A stretch of 61,411 bases of DNA, counting the filler, from Chiloscyllium plagiosum (taxonomy: Eukaryota): NCBI RefSeq assembly GCF_004010195.1. It is 4 parts of one record of this genome, joined end to end, with 100 filler letters (N's around TTAATTAATTAA, not from the genome) between each part and the next. Parts side by side here need not be neighbours in the genome. Positions count along the whole stretch, not along the records: positions 49,218 to 58,295 come from NC_057711.1; positions 58,396 to 61,411 come from NC_057711.1; 2 more parts are not named here. The stretch is one strand, 5' to 3'. Shown piece after piece: positions 49,601 through 61,411 of the stretch; within the stretch, counting starts at the first letter, position 1; each line of letters begins with the position of its first letter. A program made the translations under genes and the position numbers. Under the pieces are notes generated by a model, which was not told the origin of the DNA, made no database searches, and saw only the letters and a list, made by a program, of their open reading frames with translations.

Positions 49601-51659
49601 AAATCACCTCTCATCCTTTGCTTCATTGAGCAAAGCCCTAGCTCCCTTAAGCTTTCTTCATAAGACATGCCCTCCAGTCCAGGCAGCATCCATTAGTTCA
49701 CATAGTCTCACAATGTCCTTTGTTCCAAATGCATCACGTCACACTTCTCCTCATTGAATTTCATCTGCCAGCTATCCATACACTAACATGTCCTTTGGTA
49801 GTTTTACATAATCCTTTGAATAATCTTTTCAGGGTATATTGAAATGTAAAAAATGGAGCAGCAGAAGGCTATTCAGCCCTTCCAGCCTACTCTGCTATTC
49901 AAAGTAATCCTTACCTCAGTACCCTGCCTGACCTGCTGTGCTTTTCCATCTCAGGAATCAGTCTGGTAAATCTCCACTGCACTCTCTCCATAGCCAGAAC
50001 ATCCTTCCTCAGATAAGGAGACCCAAAACTGCAAACAATATTCCAGGTTCTGGTCTCACCAAGGCCCTACATAACTGCAACAAGTCATCCCTGCTCATTT
50101 ACTTGAATTCTCTTAGTATGAATGCTAACATATCATTTGCCTTCTTTACCACCTGAGGCACCTGCATGCTTACCTTCAGTGGCTTGTGTACAAAGACATC
50201 CAGGTCTCATTGCACATTCCCCTCTCTCAAGTTATAGCTATTCAGATAATAAACTGCCTTCCTATCTGCTTCTAAAGTGGATAACCTCATATTTATTTAC
50301 AGTATACTATATCTACCATGCATTTGCCCACTCATTCTGCTTGTTCAACTCACATTGAAGATGACCACTGGTGCATCCACTATTTCTAGGGCCACTTCCT
50401 TAAATACTCTGGGATGTAGATTAACAGAGCCTGAGGATTTAATCACCTTCAATCCCACTATTTCCCTATAATTCTGATTTTCTTCAGTATTGCCCTTTTA
50501 CTCCTTTGTGAACACTGAGCCAAAGTATATATTCATCGACCAGCCATTTCTTTGTTCCTATTATAAATTTCCTGGTTTCTGACTGTGAGGGACATATATT
50601 TGTCTGATTTATCCACCTGATTTGGGTGATTTATCCACCTTTAGTACGTTCAGCTTCTCTTACACCTTCTCCTCAGTGATGGCCACCACACTCACCTCTG
50701 CCCCCTGACTCTTGAAGTTCTGGAATGGTACAGGAGTCTTCCACCATGAAGATTAATTCAAAGTACCTATTCAGTTTCTCTGCCATTTCTGCATTCCCCA
50801 ATACTACTTCTCCAGCTTCATTTTCCAACCATCCAATGTCCACTCTTGCCTCTTTCTTATCTCTAGATAGCTAAAAACTCTTACAGTCTTCTTCTATATT
50901 GCTAGCTAGCTCATCCTCATATTTCATCTTCTCCCCCATTACTGCTTGTTTAGTTGGTTGTAAAGACTTCCAAATCCTCTAGCGTCCCACAAATCTTCAC
51001 CACCTTGTTCCCTTTTGCTTTTATGTTGTGCCTTGTCAGCCATCATTGCCTCACACTATCCTTGACACGCTTCTTCTTCCTTGGAATGAATTTATCCTGT
51101 GAAACTCCTGCCATTGTTGCTCTACCGACTTCTTTGCTAGACTCTCCTTCCAATCAACTCTGGCCAGCTCCTCCCTCTTGTAGTCATCAATTGTAATACC
51201 ATTATATTTGATTCCAACTTCTCTCTCTCACACTGCAGGGTGAATTCGATCATATCATTGTCACTACCCCCTTGGAATTCTTTCACCTTAAGTGCCCTGA
51301 CCAAGTCTGTCTCATTACACATCACTAAATCCAGGATTGCCTGATTCCTAGTGGGCCTTACCACAAGGCTGCTCCAAAAAAACCTCTTGTAGACATTCAA
51401 CAAATTAGTTTTCAAGCTATCAATCTGATTTTCCCAGTGCACCTGCATTTTGAAGTCCACCATGATCGTTGTAACAGTGTCTTTTACATACCTTTTCTGT
51501 CTCCTGATTTATTTTCTTCCCCATATCCTAAATACTGCGAGGAGGCCTGTATCTAACTTCCTACCTCAACTTGATTTTTTTTTCTTGCTGACTTTTTTTC
51601 CCTTGTCTAGATCATTGCCACTTACCTCCGTGATTCTTCTGATGCTTTACTTAGTTTCA

Positions 51660-54600
51660 GAATTTCCCGTTCATGGCTCCAGCCACCTCCTCTTCACCAC
51701 AGATGTACAATCCCTTTACACATCCATTCCCCATCAGAGTGGTCTCACGGTTCTCCGCCTCTTCCTGGAAAAATAGCTTGAACTGCCCCCACGCACCACC
51801 AGCCTCCTCTGCCTGGTCAAGCTTGTCCTCCCCCGAACAACTTCTCTTTTAACTTCATTTGCTTTTCATGTCAAAGGTGCAGCTGTGGGTACCTGCATTA
51901 GCCCCATGATGCTTGTCTCTTCATGGGGTACATGGAACATTCCTGCCTGGCCACCGCCCACAACTTTCTCCAGTATATCGATAACATTCATCAGTGCTGC
52001 TTCCTTCTCTTGTCCGGAATTGGAAATGTTAATCTACTTTATTTTCAATTTCCACTAATCTTTCATCTGGTCCATATCTGACTCCTCCCTTCCCTTCCTT
52101 GACATCTCTGTGTCCATTTCTGGAGATAGGCTGGTCATCAATATCCACTGCAAACCCACTGACTCCCACAGTTATGCTGACCAAACATCCTCATGCCCTA
52201 CTTCTTATTCCATTCTCCCAGTTCCTCCGTTTTCATTGTATCGGTTCTGAAATGTCTCCAAAATGTCCACCTTCTTGCTCAGGTGAGGATTCCTCAGCAC
52301 CATGGTTGACAGGGCCGTTAGCGGGTCTGACCCATAAATGCGAGGTGCTGCATTTTGGAAATCACTCTTAGCAGGACGTATACACTTAATGGTAAGGTCC
52401 TAGGGAGTGTTGCTGAACAAAGAGACCTTGGAGGGCAGGTTCATAGCTCCTTGAAAGTGGGGTCGCAGGTAGATAGGATACGCTGCACTCCCTCAATAAC
52501 CAGAATGTCTTTCCTCAAATTTGGAGACCAAAACTGCGCACAATACTCCAGGGTCTGTAGATTGTGAAGGAGCAAAAATGGCCTTTGCAGTGATATGTAC
52601 TTCTTGTCAGATGTGGGAGTTTAAAGAGAGCTTAAGGGTTACTGTGGATTATATCTGCCATAAAATGCTGTTGGATGCGAATCTTATCAGATCGATTGTT
52701 TCGGTTGGAGAGACAGATAGAAGCGATGAGGAATTTGCAACAGCAACAGTATGTGATGGATGGTAGTTATAGGAAGGGGGGGAAGTCTCAGATACAGTCA
52801 CAGAGATGGGTTAACTCCAGGAAGGGTGAGAGAGATCAGCACCTGGGGCAGGAGTCTTTTGTGGATATACCCATTCCAAACAGGTATGCTGTTTTGGAAA
52901 ATGCAGGGGGTGATGGATTCTCAGGGGAACGTAGCACCAACAGCCAAGTTTCTGGTATTGAGACTGGCTCTAATGCAACGAGGGGTACGTCGGCTTCCAA
53001 GAGATCAATTGTGTTATGGGATTCTGTCGTCCGAGGTACAGACAGATGTTTCTGTGGCCAGTAGCGAAAAAGCAGAATGGTGTGTTGTTTCCCTAGTGCC
53101 AGGATCAAGGATGTCTCAGAGAGGGTGCAGAATGTTCTCACGTTTGCTAATGTTACTTTTAATACTTTCATCTATATCATTAATATATATTGTAAATAGC
53201 TGCGGTCCCAGCACTGATCCCTGTGACACACCACTGGTCGCCGCCTGCCATTCCGAAAAGGAGCCGTTTATCACTACTCTTTGTTTCCTGTCAGCCAACC
53301 AATTTTCAATCCATGTCAGTATTTTGTCCCCAATACCATGTGCCCTAATTTTGCTCACTAAGATGTTGTGAAACTTGCAAAGGTTCAGAAAAGATTTACA
53401 AGGATGTTGCCAGGGTTGGAGGATTTGAGTTATAGGGAGAAGCTGAACAGGCTGGGGCTTTTTTTCCTGGAGTGTCGGAGGCTGAGGGGTGACCTTATAG
53501 AGGTTTACAAAATTATGAGGGGAATAGATAGGATAACTCTTTTCCCTGGGACGGGGGAGTCCAGAGCTAGAGGGCATAGGTTTAGAGTGAGAGGGGAAAG
53601 ATATAAAAAAGACTTGAGGGGCAACGTTTTCACGATGAGGGTGGTACGTGTATGGAATGAGCTGCCAGAGGAAGTGGTGGAGGCTGGTACAATTGCAACA
53701 TTTAAAAGGCATTTGGATGGGTATATGAATAGGAAGGGTTTGGAGGGATATGGGCCGGGTGCTGGCAGGTGGGACTAGATTGGGTTGGGATATCTGGTCG
53801 GCACGGACGGGTTGGACCGAAGGGTCTGTTTCCATGCTGTATATCTCTATGACTCTATGATCTCCCACACTTCAGTCCTCACTCCCACTCTTGCCTCCTA
53901 CAACAGTGACAGGCTCCCCCTTGTCCTCACTTACTACCCCACTAGATTCAAAGGATCATTAGCCACCAGTTCCACCATCTCCAGCAGAATGGCAATCCCA
54001 TAAACATAATCCTATCATGTCCCTTGTCAGCCTTCAGCAGGGACCATTCCTTCCAAGACACCCTGGTCCACTCTCAATATGTCCCCACTGCCCCATAGCA
54101 CCTTCTCCTGCAATCATAGAAAGTGTAACACCTCCCTCCCTCAGTATCCAAGACCTCAAACACACCTTTCAGGTGAAGCATTGATTTACCTGCACTTCAC
54201 TCAATCTAGTCTACTGTACTCGCTGCTCACAGTGTGGTCAGCTCTACATTGGAGAGATGTAGTGCAGACTGGGTGATCGCTTTGCTGAACACCTTTGCTC
54301 TGTCCATAAAAAAGACCCTGAGCTTCAGTTGCCTTTTGCTTCAACACATCACCATGTTCCCTGGCCAACATCTCTGTCTCAGGCTTGCTGCAGTCCTCCG
54401 GTGAAGCTCAGTGCAAGCTGGAAAAACACCACCTCATTTTCCATTTGGGGACCCTGCAGTCTTCTCGACTCAATATTGAGTTCAATACTTTTAGGACCTG
54501 AACACCTTCTTCCATGTCCTTATCCCATACACCAGGCCTTGTCATCACATGGGCTGCCACCACATTCTCCCAGGATGACCTTTAGCCACTCCTCTGTCTG

Positions 54601-54850
54601 TCCAAGTGTTGTTCTTTCTCTATTGACTCTATCTCCACCTATTGTTTACTCCTCCCCACTCTCCCCCCTTCCTCCACCCCACCTACTGCATAAATGCCAA
54701 CCTTTTCTCTAGCTACCATCAGTTCTGAAGAAGGGCCACTAGACCCGAAACATTAACTCTGATTTTTCTCCACAAATGCTGCCAGACCTGCTGAGTTTTT
54801 CCAGCAATTCAGTCTTTGTTTCTGATTTCATGCATTCGCAGTTCTTTCAA
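51660..54850 (+). mobile_element. Decayed Penelope-like element (RT 51660-52330; linker, GIY-YIG and terminus 53860-54850) split by CR1 insertions
   Basis: LFTTDVQSLYTSIPH, LPFLD, KPTDSH, IPFSQFLR, DRLPLVLTYYP. Hammerhead-like CTGAAGAAGGGCCACTAGACCCGAAACAT at 54725. Confidence 0.8.
52570..53860 (+). mobile_element. CR1 ORF1 fragment (52570-53140), inverted RT piece (53140-53360) and well-preserved CR1 3' end (53362-53860)
   Basis: MAFAVICTSCQMWE, IPNRYAVL, WDSVVRG. ORF 53368-53778 is an intact RT C-terminus. CTATGACT tail. Confidence 0.85.
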
Positions 54851-55249
54851 GTTTTTTTGATGATTATATCAGTGCCTTCTTTACATGCCTTTTCTGTCTC
54901 CTGATTTATTTTCTGCCTCACATCTGATTACTGTTACGAGGTCTGTACATAATACTCATCTGGGTATTTTTTTCTTCAACTCTACCCACACAGATTCTAA
55001 GCTTCTGATTCTATATCACTTCTTGCTATAGATTTAATTCCATTTTTCTTTAACCAGAAAGGCAGTACTACCCATTCTGTCCAGCTGCCTGTCCTTTCAA
55101 CAAGGGACATGTTTCCTTGGCTACTTAGTTCCCTGCCCCAAACCCCTTGTAGCCATATCTCTGTAATACTCACAACATAGATTAGATTCCAGTCTGCACA
55201 CTCACTCCTGCGTATCTGTTACTGTGAAACAGGGCTGAGTCAGCAAGGC

Positions 55250-57690
55250 TTCTTCAATGACAGGTCATGCCTGAAAAATATGTTAGAATTCTTTGAGGAG
55301 GTAATGAGCAAGTTAGACAAAGAAGGGCAGTTGATGTGATCTATTGAGCTGTCCAGAAGACCTTTGACGAGGTGCCACCTAGGAGGCTGTTAAATAAGAT
55401 AAGAGCCCATAGCGTTAGAGGCAAGGTACTAGCATGGACAGAGGATTGGCTGATAGCAGAAGGGAGTGGTGATTATAAGACTATTTTCAAGATGACAGGG
55501 TGATCAAGTGTATGGATGAGGGAAGTTCAGTTGATGTAGTTTATCTGGATTTTAGCAAAGCTTTTAACAAGGTCCCACATGGGAGACTGATTGACATGGT
55601 TAAAGCACATGGAATTGAGGGAAACCTGGAGAGGTGGATCAGAAACTGGCTTAGTAATAGGACATAAAGGAATGTGGTAGATGGTTGTTTGAGTAACTGG
55701 AGGCCATTGTTCAGCAGTATACCACAAGGATCAGTGCAGCAATCCTTATTGTTTGTTATATCATAAATGATATAGATGAAAATGTGGGAGGAATGTGAAG
55801 CAAATTTGCAGATGGCACCAAGATTGGTAGAGTGGTTAAAATGAAGAATATGGTAGTAGGTTACAGGAAGATATAGATGGGTTAATCAGATGGGCAGACA
55901 GTATTTAACCCTGAATAGTGCAAGGTGTTATACTTTGGAAGAAAAAACAAAATGAGGGAGTATTTAATGAATGATAGGTCACCGGGTAGGTTAGAGAAAC
56001 AGAAGGATCTGGGGATAATTATTCACAATCCCTGAAGTCAGCAGCGCAAGTGAATAGGATAGTTAAGGTGGCGTATGGGACACTTGCTTTCATCAGTGGT
56101 GGCATAGAGTATAAGAACTAGGAGGTAGTGTTGGAGCTATACAGAGCATTGGTTTGGACACAGCTGGAGTACTGTCTGCAGTTCTGGTCACTTCACTACA
56201 GGAAGGATGTGACAACATTAGAGGGGGTAAAGAGAAGGTTCACCGTGATGGAGCAATGGAGCTTTAAGGAGACTAGATCAGCTTGGATTGTTTTCTTTAG
56301 AGCCGAGAAGACTGAGGGGGTCATGATTAAGGTGTATACGATTCCGATGGGTATGGACAGGGTGAATAGAGAGCAACTGTTTCTCTTGGTTAAGGGATCA
56401 ATCACAAGGAGGCATCATTTTAGAATAAGGGGCAAAAAATTCAGAGGGGATTGGGAAAAAAACCTTTTTCACTCAGCAAGTGGTAGGAATCTGAATGAAC
56501 TGCCTGAGAAGGTATTGGAGGGTGGAAACCTTACAACCTTTAAAAATCTTTGGAAGAGCATTTGAAATATCATAATATTCAAGGATGTGGAATAAGTGCA
56601 GAAAATTAGGATTTGCACACTTTTAGTGGTAGTTATTGTCAAGGCAGACTCGATGGGCCAAAGGGTCTTTTCTGTGCTGTATGAATTTATAATGTTGTGA
56701 CTGTGACTCTATGACAACTGGTGACTAGTGGAGTTCTGCAGGGGTCTGTGTTGGGACCACAACTGTTCACGTTATACATTAACAATCTGGGTGAAGGAAG
56801 TCAGGGCATTTGTTGCTACGTTTGCAGATGATACAAAGACAGGTAGCGTTGAAGAAGTTGGGAGGCAGAACAAGGGCTTGGGCAGGCTAAGACAGTGGGC
56901 AAAGAAGTGACAGATACAATGTGGAAAAATATGAGGTAATGCACTTTGGTAGGAAGAGTACAGGCAAAGACTATTCTCTAAATGAGGAAAGTCTTCAGAA
57001 ATCTGAAGTACAAAGGGAATCTGTTCAGGCTTCAGGTTTATTTTAAGCTTAACATGAAGGTTTGCTAGGCGGTTGGATGGCAAATGCAAATATTAGTATT
57101 ATTTTCGAGAGGATTAGAATACACGAGCAGAGATGTACTGCTAAAGCCACATAAGGCTCTAGTAAGTCTGCATTTGGAAAATTGAAAACAGTCTTTGGCC
57201 CTATATTTAAGGAAGGATGTGCTGCCATTGGCAGGTGTCCAGAGGAGGTTTATAAGAATGAAGGGCTAGTTATATGCAGAGCAGTTGAGGATTTGGGGTA
57301 TGTACTTGATGGAGTTTAGAAGGTTAAGGGGAATAACATTGAAACTTACAGAAAATTGAGAGATCTGGATACTCTGGAAGTGGAGAAGATATTCCAGTTG
57401 TAGCAGAGACAAGCATCCAAGGGCATAGTCTCAGAGTGAAGGGACGACCCTATAGAACTGAAAAAGGGAGAAATTTATTCAGCCAGAAGGCAGTGAATCT
57501 GTGGAACTCATTGCCACAGAGGATCAAATCATTTAGTGCATTTAAACCAAAGATAGATAGGTTTTTGATGAGCAAGGGGATCAAATGTTATGGGGACAAG
57601 GTAGGAGCAGAGGGTTGAGAAACATATCAGACATGATTGCTGATTTGATGGGTCGAATGGCCTAATTCTGCTCCTTTATCTTATGGTTTA
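55250..57690 (+). mobile_element. Decayed CR1 RT/3' fragments (at least two nested copies)
   Basis: YLDFSKAFNKVPHGRL, LEYCLQFWS, TFADDTK. Tails at ~56710 and ~57685. Confidence 0.8.
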
Positions 57691-57714
57691 ACTGCTCTAC
57701 CCTACCAACCCCTT

Positions 57715-58010
57715 TATTAGATTCTAGTCTTGTGCAACTCACTCCTGGGTGTCTTTTATTCTATATAAAAACCAGCCCAAACCCTATGTTTGAATTTGTC
57801 CATAACTCACTTCTGGATATCTGTTATTCTATATATAAATTCCATTAACCTCTAAGTTAGATTCCAGTCTGTAACACACTCCCAGGCATCAGCTATTTTA
57901 TATATAAACTCCCTAAACCCTTTGAGTTGATTCCAGTCTGTAACTCCCTCCTGGGTAACTGTTATTCTATATGTAACCTCCAAACTCCAGTCTGTCACTT
58001 ACTCAGGCTT
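57715..58010. repeat. Degenerate tandem array of ~70-bp units
   Basis: About 4.5 copies of TTAGATTCCAGTCTGTAACTCACTCC.GG.TATCTGTTATTCTATATATAAAC... plus a lone partial unit at 55178-55225. Confidence 0.7.
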
Positions 58011-58109
58011 TTCTCTCCGATAAATGATATCCCAAACTCCTCTCTCCTATGATAATGTATCTTAGCCTGGAAATGTTCATATGTTGGATATTTAAAATGA
58101 CAGCCCTGT

Positions 58110-60000
58110 AAGAGTTGAATTGGTACTTCAGATCTGTGTTCACTGGGGAAGACACAAGCAATCTCCCTGAGGTAATAGTGGCTGAAGGACTTGAACTTAA
58201 GGGAATTTATATTTGCCAGGAATTGGTGTTGGAGAGACTGTTAGGCCTGAAGGTTGATAAGTCCCCAGGGCCTGATGGTCTACATCCTAGGGTACNNNNN
58301 NNNNNNNNNNNNNNNNNNNNNNNNNNNNNNNNNNNNNNNTTAATTAATTAANNNNNNNNNNNNNNNNNNNNNNNNNNNNNNNNNNNNNNNNNNNNTTATC
58401 AGCCTTCAGACCTAACAGTCTCTCCAACACCAATTCCTGGCAAATATAAATTCCGATCAGTTCAGGTCCTTCAGCCACTGTTACCTCAGGGAGATTGCTT
58501 GTGTCTTCCCCAGTGAACACAGACCTGAAGTACCAATTCAATTCTTCTGCCATTTCTTTGTTCCCTGTAATATATTCACCCGTTTTTGTCTTCAAAGGCC
58601 CAATTTTAATCTTAACCATTTTTTCCCTTTCACAAACCTAAAAAAGCTTTTACTATCCTCCTTTATAGTTTTGGCCAGTTTACCTTCGTACCTCATTTTT
58701 TTCTCTGCGTATTTCCTTCTTAGTAATCCTCTGTTGTTCTTTAAAAGCTTCCCAGTCCTCCGTTTTCCCACTTATCTTTGCTATGTTACACTTTTTCTCT
58801 TTTAACTTTATATGTTTCTTAACTTCCCTCGTTAGCCGTGGCCACCCCTGCCTCCTCTTAGGATCTTTCTTCCTTTTTGGAATGAACTGATCCTACATCT
58901 TCTGCATTGTCAATGTCCCGTTACAACCTACAACAGCCCTCCACACTATCCAAAGTTCCACAACCTTTGTGTCATCGGCAAACTTACTAACCTACCCTTC
59001 CACTTCCGCATCCAAATCATTTATAAAAATCATGAAGATTAGAGGTCCCAGAACCAATCCCTGCAGAACACCACTGGTCACCAAGCTCCAGGCTGAATAC
59101 TTTCCATTTAACACTACTCTCTGTCTTCTATGGGACAGCCAATTCTGTATCCAGACAGACAGGTTTCCCTGTATCCCATGCACCCTTACTTTCTGAATGA
59201 GCCTACCATGGGGAGCTTTATCAATTGCCTTGCTAAAATCCATATACACCACATCCACTGCTTTACCTTCATATATGTGTTTTGTCACATCCTCAAATAA
59301 TTCAATAAGGCTTGCGAAGCATGACCTGCCCCTCACAAAGCCATGTTGACTATCTCTAATCAAACTATAGTTTTCCAAGTAATCATAAATCCTGTCTCTC
59401 AGAATCCTCTCCAACGATTTTCCCACCACTCACGTAAGACTAACTGGTCTTGTAATACTCATGATTATTCCTATTCCCTTTCTTGACAAAGAAATAACAT
59501 TTGCCACCCTTCTATCATCTGGTACTACTCCAGTGGACAGTGAGGACGCAAAGATCATTGCGCAGCAATCTCTTCCCTCGCTTCCTGTAGTAACTGTTGG
59601 TATACCCTGTCTGGCATAGGGGAATAATCTATCGTTCTATTTTTCAAAATTTTCAGCACATCCTATTCTTAACCTGTTCGAGCATATCAGTGTGCTTTAT
59701 GCTATCCTCACAAACAATTCACAGTAGTGAATACTGAAACAAAGTATTCATTAAGGACCTCCCATACTTCCTCCAACTCCAGGCACAAGTTCCCTCCACT
59801 ATACCTGATTGGCCCTACCCTCACTCTGGCCATCGTCTTGTTCCTTCCATAAGTGTAGAATGCCTTAGGGTTTTCCTTATCCTACCCACTACCTTGGGAC
59901 CCTCCGGAGCCCTGTCTGATCCTTGCCTCCCCAACCTTATGTAAGGTTCCTTCTTCCTCTTGTCTAGATGCTCTACATCCCTTGACACCCAAGGTTCCTT
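58110..60000. mobile_element. CR1 ORF2 fragments: + strand 58110-58295, - strand 58396-58905 and 58905-60000
   Basis: LKVDKSPGPDGLHPRV, IGPLKTKTGE, SQHGFVRGRSC, YMDFSKAIDK. Confidence 0.85.
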
Positions 60001-60467
60001 CATTGATTGGAGTGCATTTCCGTAGTAGCTGTGTAGGCCATGTCATTGAGTGCACTTAAAACAGAGACAGATAGATTCTTGAATAGCAAGGAGATCAAGG
60101 CTTCTGGGGAGAAGGCAGAAGTGGGTGTGGGGGCGGAGGAGAAGTGATGCAGTAGTTAGAGGTGGAGCGTGGGGGAGAGATAAACATTTGGGCAGACAAA
60201 GGGATGGATAATGTTAAACCTGGAAGAAAGAAAAGATGATAAAGGGGTCATTAAGAGAGGAAAGCAGTTTGGCTAGGCGAAAAGAAGCCTGTGTTATGAT
60301 AGGCACTGAGCAAGAAGTAGGGGTGTAAGGTGAGCAAAGTCCATGGAAGAAAGTGTTCACGCCTTAAAATTATGGAACTTGATATAGATTTCAGTAGATT
60401 GTACAGAATTAAAAAGCCACATGGAATTACCAAAATTAATAAGGAGTTATAAATTAAGAGTACAAAA

Positions 60468-61411
60468 GAGGGGGAATCCAAGATGGCGGTGACCCAGCAA
60501 GACTGAGTCTATAGTGCTCCTCCCAAGACTTGGGTACAGTGGGTCACCCACTCCCTACCACGCTCACCAAATCATTTATAATAGTTGTGTAATTTAATTA
60601 GTTGTGTAATATTAAATTTAAACAATTTAATCCTAAGTAAAAATGACTAAAGGGAAGGGAGACCGCAGCTCGCAGCAAGCAGGAACCCCTCCCCCACCCT
60701 CTCCAGCTGCAGCAGAGGCGTCCACAGCCGCCCCGGGGGACTTACCTACAGTAACAAGCCTTGCAGAAATGATTTCCAAGCTGGATTCGAAGATCTATGC
60801 CTTTATTGCAGAATCCAGAAATCGTTGGGACTTGCTCTCGGCCGCGCTGCAGAAGCACGACCGAGAAATCCAAGAAATTGAATGCCGAGCAGCGAGTCCG
60901 GACCTTGGAAAATCATATTGACGACCTCGATAATCGAGGTCGTCGAAAAAATATTCGTTTGCTGGGCCTTCCCAAGCAGGAAGAGGAAGGCCAGCTTACA
61001 GCATTCCTGGAGCAGTGGCTGCCACAACTTTTAAATCTGCAAGCTGGACCAGGCCAGGTAAGGGTGGAATGGGCCTACCGGGTAGCAATACGCGGGCCTG
61101 GCTCGAACCAGCGCCCACGCCCGGTCCTGTTCCGGCTGCAGAGCTACAGGGAGAGGCAGAAACTCCTAGAAGCCTCTAGAAATCGCGGAAAAGACCCCCA
61201 AGCTATGATCTACAAAGGATCCAAGATCATGCTATTTCAGGACTCTTCCCCGGCTCTGGTTCGAAAGAGGAAAGCATTCGACGAGGCGAAGAAGCGTTTA
61301 AGAGACTTACATGTTCAGTACTCCTTACGCTACCCAGCGATGTTACGCTTTAACCATGAAGGATCTGTATATAACTTTGGATCACCAGAAAAGGCTAAGG
61401 AATCCTTGGAC
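60468..61411 (+). mobile_element. 5' end of an L1-clade LINE: 5' UTR and ORF1 (60643 onward, frameshift near 60890), running off the window
   Basis: Starts GAGGGGGAATCCAAGATGGCG (YY1-type motif) after an A-rich target. The second frame reads DDLDNRGRRKNIRLLGLP...RPRPVLFRLQSY...IMLFQD...RKRKAF...YSLRYPA, the typical L1 ORF1p RRM/CTD motifs. Confidence 0.88.

Noticed and set aside
57715..58010. CRISPR-like repeat-spacer array
   Set aside because: Whole units are degenerate copies with no unique spacers, the context is eukaryotic, and no cas genes are present.

Overview
Vertebrate nuclear DNA, most likely a shark/elasmobranch (inferred from HE1-like V-SINEs and very dense CR1 LINEs). The window holds the 5' part of the nucleoporin gene NUP155 on the + strand: a CpG-rich promoter or probable non-coding first exon near 3.7-3.8 kb, then six coding exons (4245-4386, 18026-18163, 20197-20293, 27376-27446, 27848-27940, 30743-30909) that splice in frame to about 236 aa. 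The intron after coding exon 2 has U12 (minor spliceosome) signals. I found no further exon in the last 30 kb. Most other sequence is nested mobile DNA: CR1 LINEs (some near full length with SGNH-esterase ORF1), Penelope-like elements (PLEs), tRNA-headed SINEs, an L1 5' end, a solo LTR and two probable TA-targeting MITEs. The most notable signal is a set of short PLE-terminus inserts with minimal hammerhead-ribozyme cores (CTGAnGA-stem-GAAA-CGTC), mostly fold-back palindromes flanked by 12-16 bp target-site duplications. Two of them share the same internal junction and ends, so a ~210-nt ribozyme hairpin may move as a unit. Hammerheads in PLEs are already known, so I do not claim a wholly new system. 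Three artificial 44N-TTAATTAATTAA-44N linkers make long-range continuity uncertain. Repeat boundaries are approximate and read by eye.
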